Shown: in pieces, positions 1 through 10,800 of the stretch | Numbering within the stretch: position 1 is the stretch's first letter | Layout: every line of letters begins with the position of its first letter | From: a virus | Lineage: Duplodnaviria; Caudoviricetes | Reading direction: 5' to 3' (one strand) | IMG/VR virus record: IMGVR_UViG_3300038808_000034 | Span: 1-26,274 of that record | DNA: 26,274 nucleotides | Notes under the pieces: model-generated | Seen by the model: only the letters and a program-made list of their open reading frames with translations | Database searches by the model: none | What the model was told of the DNA's origin: nothing | Translations under genes and position numbers: made by a program

Positions 1-834
1 CAGGCGGCCCTCGCCGGTGCTGCGCCGCGTGGCCTGCCCACCCCCGACGCCATGGCCGCCGCTGATGCACTGGCCCAGCGCTCGCAGCAGGCCAGCGCCG
101 GCCGCGTGGCCGCAGCCGCCGCAGCGCCAGTAGAGCGTGGCTGGTCTGGCGTGATCGGCATGGATCCGGCGGCCGGGCGCGAGCGCCGCGAACTGGTGTC
201 CGCGCTGACCACGCCCGTGGCTGGCGCGCGCGGCCTGACCGCCGCACAGCGAAACGGCATGCTCTCCCTGCTGGACCAGGAGGCACGCGGCGCCCAGGCG
301 AAGGCCAACAACGCCACGGCGCTGCAGCAGACCGAGATACAGACCGGCACACAGCGCGATCTGGCCGCCATGCGCGAGGCTGGCGACAACGGGCGCGCCG
401 TGCTGCGCGAGGCTGGCGAGGCGAACCGGGCAGGGGCGCGCAACTCCATCGACCAAGGGCGTCTGGGCTTGGAACAGCAGGTGCGTGGCTTTGACATTCG
501 CGCTGGCCAGCGCCAGGAGCGGCTGCACCAGCGTTACGAGGCCGCGAAGACGCCCGAGGAACGCAGCGCGATTGCCCAGCAAATCCGCGACCTGTCGGGC
601 AAGACCGAGCAGGCCAATCGCTTCACGGTGGTGTCAGGTGGCCAGGAGTGGGACGCCGCTGCCGGCGCCATGCGCAACGTGCCGGCCCGCGTGCTCAACA
701 ACCAAACCGGCCAGTTCGTTGGCCAGCAAGGCGGGGCGGGTCATGAGGCTTCCCCTTATCAAGATGGGCAGCGCCTTAAAGGAAAGGATGGCAGGGACTA
801 TATTGTGCGCAATGGCCGTCCGGAACCAATTTAG
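1..834 (+). CDS. Probable virion internal/ejection protein, 5'-truncated
   Basis: Frame is open from base 1; Ala/Gln/Arg-rich helical protein upstream of the giant virion gene; short C-terminal motif PYQDGQRLKGKDGRDYIVRNGRP. Confidence 0.6.
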   Translation, partial: QAALAGAAPRGLPTPDAMAAADALAQRSQQASAGRVAAAAAAPVERGWSGVIGMDPAAGRERRELVSALTTPVAGARGLTAAQRNGMLSLLDQEARGAQAKANNATALQQTEIQTGTQRDLAAMREAGDNGRAVLREAGEANRAGARNSIDQGRLGLEQQVRGFDIRAGQRQERLHQRYEAAKTPEERSAIAQQIRDLSGKTEQANRFTVVSGGQEWDAAAGAMRNVPARVLNNQTGQFVGQQGGAGHEASPYQDGQRLKGKDGRDYIVRNGRPEPI

Positions 835-1634
835 CCCCTAATTCGAGAAATGATGAGGCACCCATTTGCCTTGGGGATATTTTCGCCGGAAATGAGTTTT
901 ATTAAAGCCTGCGATCCGGGTTCAATAGGTCGTGCCAGTGGCAAGGTGAAGTGTAAATAGTCACTGATTGTTGCCATTTCGCACGAGCCTAAAGCATGTT
1001 TGATTTCAAGCACTCCAATTTTTTTATTCGATGAGTTGATTATGTGTATCCCAATCACATCACCTCTAATCCACCAAGTTTGCCAATCTTCAATTGCGGA
1101 AACTTCGCTTTCAGACCATTCTTTGAAATCCCCATCGGTCGCTTCCGGCCGTCTTGTGAACACAATAGAAAGTGCGCCTGCTTCGGCTGCTTGTTCAAGC
1201 ACGGCAACTCTAGATCGATAGTCTTGTGGAAGTGGTGGTAGTTCCTTAAGGATGTCGTTGACCGATTTCTGTGAGTTGATAGGAGCCGAGGCGGGTTGCT
1301 GAGCACTCCCTGAGTTGTTCTGTTCGGCTATTCGCGTATTGGCGTCTGTGACTCTGTTGACCCACGGGCCAGCCAGCGACAGTGCGAGTAGCACCCAAGC
1401 CAGCATGAAAAATCGACCTGGCCAAGTCATCTTTGCGCGTTGCGTTAGGAACAGCCAATACAGTCCAAAGAATGCGCCAGCAACCACCAACGGGCCGACC
1501 CAAGTGCCTACCCAGAACTCCACTGCGTCGTTGCTGTACCAGATCAGTGGATTGGCCAGCGCCACAAGCGCCATACCGACGATGTGCCGAGCAAAAATGA
1601 GTGCTGACGGTGTTTGTTTCTCCGCTGCTTCCAT
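831..1634 (-). CDS. Membrane protein (3 N-terminal TM helices plus soluble domain), moron; possible superinfection exclusion
   Basis: AGGAGG SD before ATG; three hydrophobic segments; opposite orientation to late genes; AT-richer 3' half. Confidence 0.75.
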   Translation of the reverse strand: MEAAEKQTPSALIFARHIVGMALVALANPLIWYSNDAVEFWVGTWVGPLVVAGAFFGLYWLFLTQRAKMTWPGRFFMLAWVLLALSLAGPWVNRVTDANTRIAEQNNSGSAQQPASAPINSQKSVNDILKELPPLPQDYRSRVAVLEQAAEAGALSIVFTRRPEATDGDFKEWSESEVSAIEDWQTWWIRGDVIGIHIINSSNKKIGVLEIKHALGSCEMATISDYLHFTLPLARPIEPGSQALIKLISGENIPKANGCLIISRIRG

Positions 1635-1768
1635 GGGGTCCCTCCTGTGTCGGAATGTAGCAGACCTACAAGAGATCCGTCCGTTTCGTCAGAGGGCTTT
1701 CGCCTTGGCGCTCGGTTGAACCGTGGCAACGTCGGCAGCACGGATTCATCCGAGATACGCCACACAGC

Positions 1769-1804
1769 ATAGGGTTCGACTGATGCGCGACTCGCGGAGA
1801 GAGT
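1769..1804 (+). promoter_or_regulatory. Putative late promoter, copy 1 (ATAGGGTTCGAC-N18-GAGAGT)
   Basis: 12-mer identical to 13415..13426; both copies lie upstream of late genes with the same spacing. Confidence 0.55.
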
Positions 1805-1810
1805 GGCGGG

Positions 1811-4800
1811 ATGGAAAACCCAAAAACCGATACCGATTGGAGCAATTTCACCCCCGCTGATGCTGGAGGGAAGGCGGTTCCCACGGCTGGTAGAGCTACC
1901 AATTGGAATGATTTCAAGCCGCTTGAAGAACCACCAGCGCGCGGCCTCAAGGGGTGGGCGCGGGACATTGGTGCAGGGCTGGTGGACACAGCCATCGGTG
2001 TTCCCGAGGCGCTGGTGGGTTTGGCCGACATTCCAACGGGCGGCCGGGTTGGCAAGTTCCTGGAGAACGAGGGCGGGGCGGTAGGTCTGCGTTTTAAGGA
2101 CGCGCGGGAAGTCACCAGCAAGCTGTACTCGGATGCGACCCAGGAGGCAGAGCGCATGTTCCAAGCTGCTGATGGCCTCGTAGACAAGGCCGCGACTGCG
2201 ATCCAAAACCCCAGCGTAATCGCTAAATCCGTTGGCACATCGCTGGGTTCCATGGGGTTGGGCGGTGTGGCCGCCCGGGGCCTGTTGGCCGCCGCGCCGC
2301 GCATTGCGCCATGGGTGGCCGGCGCTGCCGGTGAGGGCGCCACGATGGCGGGCTCCCAGGCAGAGCAGATTCGCCAGGAAACCGAGGACGGCCTGTTGAC
2401 GCCTAGCCAAGTTGCGGCGGCTGTCGGAACGGGCGTTTTGGGCGGCGCCTTCAGCGTTGCGGGCGGCAAGGTGGCCCAGCGCCTGGGCATCGGCGACGCC
2501 GACACCATGATGGCCCAGGGCCTCAAGGGTGTGGACGAACAGATCGCGGGCAAGGCCGCCCAGGCCGCCGCGAATCCCCTGGTGGCTGAGGCCGCCGTCA
2601 AGAGCATCCCGCGCAAGGTCATCGAGGGCGCTATCGCCGAGGGCTTCCTGGAGGAACTGCCCCAGTCCATGGCAGAGCAGATTTTCCAGAATGTTGCCCT
2701 GGGCAAGCCCTGGCACGAAGAACTCGATTCGGCCGCAGTCATGGGCGTGCTGTCCGGCGGCACCATGGGCGCTGGTGCTGCAGGTTTCAAGGGATTCCGC
2801 GATGCATCGTCCCGGGAAGGCGATGCAGCGGCGCCCGCGCCAGGCGATGCTGCGCCTGCTGTGTCCAGCGCAGCGCCTGCCTCCCCCAACGCGGGGCTGG
2901 AGCGCGTGAGCAACGAATTCGCCGCGCGCCTCAAGGCGCTGCAGGAGCAGGAGCAGGGCGAGCCCATGGTGCCGCAGGCCGCGCCACCTGATGGCGCCGC
3001 AGCGCTGGCGCGCCAGCAGGCCCAGGCACAGGCCGAGCGCGATGCGCAAATCGCAGCTGGCCGCGCTGCGGAGGGCCCGGACGACGAGATATTCCAATCC
3101 ACAGGCGCAACGGTGCAGCGCCCCTCAGAGGCCATGGGCCTGCGCCCAGGCCCTGCAGCCGGCGCACTGGAGAACGCAGCCGCGCTGGCCGTGGATACCG
3201 GCGCCAGTGCCCAGGTGCAGCAGGCCACCATGCTGGCGCAGGCGGCCGAGGAGGCCAAGAAGGCAAAGCCCCAGCAGCAGCGCGAGCAGCAACGCACGCC
3301 CCAAGCGCCCGCAGTGGACCCCGACACAGGGGAAATCGCGGGCATGGGCATGTCTGGCTGGAGCGATGCGGACCTTTCCACGGCATACCGCTCTGCCCAG
3401 TCCCTGGAAGTGCGCCGCCAGATGGCCCAGGAACTGAGCCGCCGCCGTGCCAATCGTGAAGAGGCTGCATTGCAGGCCGAACTGCAGGCGGAGCAGTCGG
3501 CCCCCGACATGCCTGGTGAGCCCGACAGCGGCTTCGCCAGCGTTCAAGAGGATGCTGGCCCGGTGCCTGAGCGCATCGAGATCCAGGGCGCTGGCGAAAC
3601 GTCCCCTGCAGCTCAACCAGTGGCGCCCGGTGCCAAGGCCGAGGGCGCCAACGTGGCGACAGTCGCCCAGCTCAACCGTAAGCAACTGGCTGACCTGAGC
3701 ACGGACGAGCTGCATCAGCTTGCAGGCCTGTTGCCTGCCGAACACGGCCGCCAAAAGAAGATTCAGAAAGAGATTCAAACCCGCGCAGATGCGGCGCAGA
3801 CAGCTATCAATGAAGGAGCGAAAACCAATGGCACGGAAACCCCTCAAGCCCAGCAAGGCAGCACGCAACCACCGCAAGCAGGAACAGCACCGGCAGGCGC
3901 AGTTGTCCAACAAGCAGCAGGCCCTGAATCAGCTCGCGCAGCACCTGCAACTGTTGCCCAAGGACTGACCAATGGCGCCGCCCCGACTCCGAACGCTGGA
4001 GCGCAAGCAGGCGCGCCGGTTGCAACGAAAGCTCAAGCGCAAGACAACGGCCTCGCTCAGCGCGCCCAACTGCTGGCCGCCAGCGAGCGCTGGACCAGCA
4101 TGCCGGCGGCCGAGCGCCAGACTGTGGCCAAGGCCGCGAAGGGCCTGAACGCCGCGGCGCGGGCGGGTGCCCACACGCGGGCATGGGCTGACCTGGCACC
4201 CACGGTGCGCGAGAAGCTGGCCGCTGCCATGCCCGATGCTGCTGCAGCACCTGCAGCACCTGCAGCACCTGCAGCACCTGCCGTGACCTCGGCGCAGGCC
4301 CAGGCCGCTCCCTTACCGGCCGCTGCAGCGGTGAACGCCGCCGCTCAAGAGGCCGCCACCAGCCAGGCCAACGACCTGCCCGAGCCCACCGATGCCCAGA
4401 AGGAGGCGGGCAACTACCGCAAGGGCCACGTCCGCCTGAATGGCCTGGACATCAGCATAGAGAACCCGGCCGGCAGCCGCCGCCGTCCCGAATGGCCGCA
4501 ACTGAAGCACCACTACGGCTACTTCAAGGGTTCTGTGGGCGCGGACAAGGACCATGTGGACGTGTTCATGACCGACCGCGCGAGCGACCCGGACCTGCCG
4601 GTGTTCGTGGTGGACCAGGTGAACCGCGATGGCTCGTTCGATGAGCACAAGGTGGTGCTGGGCGCGGCCGACGAGGCCGATGCGCGGAGCACCTACCTGG
4701 GGAACTATGAGAAGGGGTGGACTGGCCTCGGCGCGATCACGCAGATGACGCAAGAGGATTTCAAGGCCTGGGTGCGGGATCCAGCCAAGACCAAGAGGCC

Positions 4801-7800
4801 GGCTGCAAAGATCGATTCCGCGATCACGGTGCATGCCTCGGAAGAATTCCCCCTGCAGGAGGCAGCCGCCAGCTACTCTGGCATTTCGCACCAGGGCACC
4901 ACCAGAGCGAAGAGCGACCGAGCGGCCTTCGAGACCTTCCTGACCGGCCAGCGCGACGATGGCTTGTCCGTGGCCAAGACCGAAGCCCAGCGGGCGGCCG
5001 TGGAAGCAGAAGTGCAGCAGTTGCGCAAAGAGTATTTGCAGCAGTACCGCATGCTGATGGGCGTGCGCTCCGGCACGTATAGCGGCTTCGTGGCAGGCCG
5101 CAGCGGCCTGAACTCCAAGCAGGCCGGCAAAAGGAACAGCAGCCTGGATCGGGCCATGGAGCGCTTTGCGTCCTGGGAGTCTGGGGCCAATGGCCGCGCA
5201 CGCAGGGCAGCGTTGGCCGCCCGCACTCCCGCTGAAGTGCAGGCTGAACGGAAGGCGGCTGCCGCTGCGCGCCAGGAAAAGGACGCTGCACGGCTTGCGA
5301 AGGACTTGGCGCTGGTGGGCCGGGTTCTCGATTGGAAGAAGGGCGACCGTTCGGAATTTGCCAAAGGCACAACCTTGGTCGGCGTGAACAAGGACCGCGC
5401 GGGATACCCCAACAGCGTGCTGCTGGAGCCCACCGATGGCGCGCCCCTGGTGGACAACAAGTTCGACTTGGCCGGGCTGCTTCGCCGCAAAGGTGAAAGC
5501 GTGCCCGAATCGCGCCAGCGCGTGCGTGAGCTGGTGGACCAGGTGCGTGCCGAGCGTGGACTGAACGGCAGCGAGACTGCTGAAGTCACGCCCAAGCGGC
5601 CTCGCGGGGTCCTGGCAAAGAAAGCCGCAGCCGAAGAGGCCGCCCGCGCCAACTACTTCACCCCTGGCAACATCTTGAAGAGATACGGCGGCGGGTTCGA
5701 TCGCGTCGTCTCCTACACGCCTATCAATGCCGATGGCGCCTGGAGCGTGAACGTTCGGGAGGTGGAGAAGACGGAATCGGGCTGGGACGATGTGCCAGGT
5801 GCGCGCGAGCGTACCCACGCCACACCGCCGGCCGCGAGCGAGTTGAAGGCAGGCCCGGTCGATCGCATCGCGGCAACGGAGCCCGAAGCGGCGCAGGTTG
5901 AAGCCGGCGACGCGGGCCAGGCCTCGGTGGCTGAGCACACGAGCTCGAAGACCCCCACAGTTGATTCGCATGTGGATCTGATGAACCGCGTGCGCAGTGG
6001 GGAGGCCTCCGCCGACGAGTACCGGCAATCGTTCGCGCGCACCGATGCCAGCCAGCAGGCGATGACCGCAGAGCTGAACACCTTGAAGAAGGACAATTTG
6101 CTGCGTTCTGGCGGCTACAACTTCGCACAGCGCTACCGCAACGACAAGAAGGATGTGATTGTTCAGGCCCTGGTGAATCGCATCCTGGACGAGTATTCGC
6201 TGGGCCGCCGCTATGGCTCATCCTCCTATGTAATGAGCACCAGCGGCCTGGTTGCGCACCGTGAGGCCCAGGATGCCGCCCTGCGCGAACTGGTGGCCAA
6301 CACCACCGACGAGGACCTGCAGCAGCATGCGCAGGAGGTGGCTGCCGCGCGCGCCGAGGCTGCGGGCCGCAAGGAGGCGCACGCCCAGACCCTGGCCAAC
6401 CCCCAAACCCTGGCGGACTTCCGCGCCGTGATGCGTCACCACATTGCCAAAGGTGAAAGCCGCGAGGAAGCCTTCTTGCGCCTGACCCCGGAGCAGCGCG
6501 CCAACTTCGACGCGCTGGAGGCCGAAAGCACCCGGGAGACGCGGGAACAGGAGAAAGCCAAGCTGCGCACCAAAGTGGCCGCCGCCGGCCAGTTGACGAC
6601 TGGCGAGGTGGTCGAGACGAAGCACACCAAGCATGGACACGACCTGTTTGTGGTGCAGCTCGCGGAGCGGGTCAGCCGCGAGGACTATGAAACCCTGAAC
6701 GCCAGCGCCAAGCGCATGGGCGGCAGCTACAGCAGCTATCGCGGCAATGGCGCGGTCCCGGGTTTCCAGTTCCGTACCCGCGAGGCCGCCGATGCCTTTG
6801 GCAAGCTGGTGACTGGTGATTCCGCCGACGCCCAGGCCGTGGCCGAGGCGCGGCGCGATGCTTTCGATGACGACCGCAGCCAGTCGGCCGTGGAGCGCCT
6901 GCGGACCATGGCTCATGCTCTGCATGAACGCGCCGACGAGTCGCTGGGGCGTGAGCGCAAGGCCAACACCGACCGCCGCGCTCGCATGGCTGCCAGTGCT
7001 GACGCCTCCGCCCGTGCCGACAAGGCACTGGCGGGCACCATGGAGAACCTGGCCCAGGCCATCGAGGACGGCAAGGCGAAGTTCCTGGATGCCGTCCGCC
7101 AGAAACTGCAGGTGGAGTTCCTGGCCAGCGAGTTACGCAGCGCCAAAGACGCCCAAATACGTGCCAAGTACCGAACCTATGGGGAGCAGGAGCGGCACCG
7201 CGGCGAACCGATGGACGCTGAAACCGTGGATTTTTCCACCTTCCCCACATATACCGCCATGCGTTCGGACCTAGCCTCGCTGGGCCGGCAAATGCTGGAG
7301 GTGGATGGCGCCAAGAAGCTGGGCGCGCGCTTGATGAGCGTGGCCGACGACGTGAGCGAGGCCTACACGGACTGGGCCAAGCAGAACCTGCGGGATGTCT
7401 CCCACTTCGGCATGGATGGAGGCATGGCCGAGTTTGGCAGCCGTGAGGAGGCAGAGCGCGCCATCCGCCGCTCTGGCATCGCGGATCGTGCCATTGTTCT
7501 TCCCATCAAGCGCGGCCAGAACCGTGTGGTCCTTTCGCCCAGCGAGGCCATGAAGCGGGGGCTGTGGAACGGCGATGGCGACAAGCGCATTACGCTGAGC
7601 AGCGAATTCGGCGCGGAACTGGTTGAAGCCGTTGGGCGCCGCGCGGGCGGTGCTATCCGGATGCCTTGGGTTCTGGAAGCGGCCCATGCCAAGCGCAAGC
7701 GCCTGCACGGCATGGGGATTTTTACAGGCAGCGAGTACCGGGCTGCATTGCGCGAATTCGCTGGCATTCAGGAAGCCATCGCCACGCCGAACAAAATCAA

Positions 7801-10800
7801 GGAAATGGAACGCGCGATGGTCGGCCGCCGCGCCGATGGATTGGACTTCTTCCCGACCAGCGCCGAGGTGGTGGATAGCATGCTGTCCGCAGCGGACATA
7901 CAGCCCGGCATGGCGGTGCTGGAGCCGTCGGCAGGCATGGGCCATATTGCCGATGCCATCCGGGAGCATGCTGGCGTCGAGCCCGACGTGGTGGAAATGT
8001 CGGGCGAGCGCCGCGAGCTGCTGGAAGCCAAGGGTTATACCCTAGTGGGCAGCGACTTCACTGCCATGAAGCCTCGCGCAGGCTTCACTTACGGCGATGT
8101 GTTTAGGGATTCGGATGGCACGCTGGGAGTGATGCGCGGTTCGCGCGGCATGGCCAGCGGCCGGGTGGGGTTCCAGCCGCTGGACGAAAACGGCCAGCCG
8201 GATGCGCACATCGCGCGCTGGGTGAACCGCGACGAATTGGTCGGCGTGGAACAGCGAGATAGCGACAGCGGGTACGACCGTATCGTGATGAACCCGCCTT
8301 TCTCCAAGGGCCGGGACATTCAGCATGTGCGCCACGCCTTCGACCTGTTGCGGCCAGGCGGGCGGCTGGTGGCAATCATGGGTGAGGGTGCATTTTTCCA
8401 TTCCAACAAGCAGGCGGAAAGCTTCCGCGAGTGGTTGGAGACCTTGGGCGCCACGAGCGAGAAGCTGCCCGAAGGCTCCTTCATGGACTCGACGCTGCCG
8501 GTGAACACCGGGGTGTCGGCGCGCATGGTGGTGATCGACAAACCGGAAAACTTGCAAGAACCTCAACCTGAGGATGCTGCATTTCGCCGCTGGTTCGGTG
8601 ACAGCAAAGCGGTGGATTCGCAGGGCCGGCCTCTGGTGCTGTACCACGGTACGGATGCTGACATCACGGCCTTCCAGCAGTCGGAAAATGGGGAATCCGG
8701 CGCCGGCATTTATGCCACTGATGACCCTGACCGTGCTTCGGTCTATGCCGGCGATGGCTACGGCCGTGGCGGGAACGTGATGCCCATCTACATGAGCATC
8801 CGCAACCCTGCCACCACCGCCGATGTGGAGGCCGCGCGCAGCACGCCTGCCATCGAGAAGTTGACCGATGTGGCAGAGCGTGGCGCGGCAGTGCAGCAGG
8901 CGCTTATGGCCCAGGGTTTTGATGGTGTCATTGGCGAGAATCCGACCGAGTATGTGGCGTTCCGGCCTGAGCAGGTCAAGAGTGCCATCGGCAACGATGG
9001 GAACTTCGATCCGACCAAGGCTGATATCCGCTTCCGCCGTGCTGAAGCTGAAGGCCAGGGCCTTACCGATGGACAGATGGCCGACTTGCTGCGCATCATG
9101 CGCCCCGCGCCGGCGGCGTTTTCCGACGCGGCGCGCGCCCAGGCTGTGGGCCAGGTGCGCGAGACGGTGGATGCAATCCGCAAGGGCTGGACCAACGGCC
9201 CCGAGGTTGTGGTGGCCTTCGACATGTCCGACCCGGCCGTGCCCGAGGCAGCGCGGCGTGCGGATTTGCGCCAGCGCAGTGGCGGCGCCACGGGCGCGCC
9301 GGAGGGCTTCTACTGGCGTGGCAAGGCATACCTGCTGGCCAGCAAGCTGAACACGCCTGCCGACGCGGCCCGCGTGCTGCACCACGAGGTGCTGGGCCAC
9401 CACGGCCTGCGCGGCATGTTCGGGCCGGAACTGAACAAGATCCTCCAGCAGGTGGCCACCATGCGCCAGGCCGAGGTGGCGGCCAAGATCGCGGAATACG
9501 GCCTGCGCGGCGTCACGGACCTGAGCCGGCGCCACGCGGCCGAGGAAGTGCTGGCAGAGATGGCCGAGAAGACGCCTCAGCTGCATTTCGTCCGCCGCGC
9601 CGTGGCGGCCATCAGGAACTGGCTGCGCGCCAACGTCCCCGGGTTTGCAGGCCTGAAACTCTCTGACGCGGACATCATCCAGGCCTACATCCTGCCGGCG
9701 CGCGGTTTCGTGGAGCGCGGGCAGCGTGCCGCGACCGACCGCATCGAGCCTGTGTTCAGCCGCTCGGACGCGCCGGCCACCACGCCTGATGCGATCATCG
9801 GAAGCACGCTGGGCAGCGCATCGAAGCACCCGGACTACGCGGCAGCCAAGGCCGGGGACATCGAGGCAGCGGTGCGTGTGGCACAGAGCCTGGTGAGCCC
9901 CGAACTGGTGGCCCAGGTGAAAGCCGTCATCGGCAACACCCGCCCACGCATCGTCCCCGTGGTTGCCGAAGAAGCGGCCGGGCGCAACAAGATTCCATTG
10001 ACCGCCGCCGAGGTGCTGGCCGGCCAGCTGGGCCTGGACGTGGCAACGAGCATCGTGCAGGCCAACCGCGCGCACCGCACCGGATTGGACGGACTGGATC
10101 GCATCTTCGCGCCTGTGGATTTCGCTGGTGCTGTCGTGCCTGGTCCCTATCTGCTGCTGGACGACACCCTGACGCAGGGCGGCACGTTCGCGGCGCTCGC
10201 CAGCCATATCCGCGACGGCGGTGGCGAGGTGGTGGGCGTGGTTGCATTGACCGGCAAGCAGTACAGTGCAAAAATCCAGCCCTCTCCCGAAACTCTGACC
10301 TCTCTCCGGCAAAAACATGGTGACCTCGAAGACCAATTCCGTGCCGCAACCGGCTACGGCTTCGACGCGCTCACAGAGTCGGAAGCCCGGTATCTCGCAC
10401 GCTACGAACCGGCTGACCGACTCCGAGATCGAATCGCTGCAGAAGGACGCCGAGCAGGCGAGCGTGCAGATCAAGGCGATCTTGGCCAGGCAGACGCAGA
10501 CGACGCACTGAGCTTCAGCCGCTCCCGGCTGTCGGCCGTCAAGGACAGCGCCCTCGATCAGATCACGCAGACTTTCAGCCACCCTGGCAAGGTGTCGCTG
10601 TGGGACAAGACCGTGGGCACCATGCGCAACCTGGGCGAGCGGGTGCCTCAGTTCAAGCCGGTGTTCGACGCCGCGCAGCGCTTCATCGATGACGTGTCCA
10701 TGCTGGCCAACGACGCGGCCGACTTCGCGCCGCGCCTGATGCCCCGCGTGGAGACCCTGGCCGACCTCAAGAAAAAGCCCATCACGGCCGCAGACAACAA

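Noticed and set aside
1769-1780. GGGTTCGAC as a tRNA T-loop or att core
   Set aside because: No T-stem complement or cloverleaf at either copy; the positions fit a promoter element
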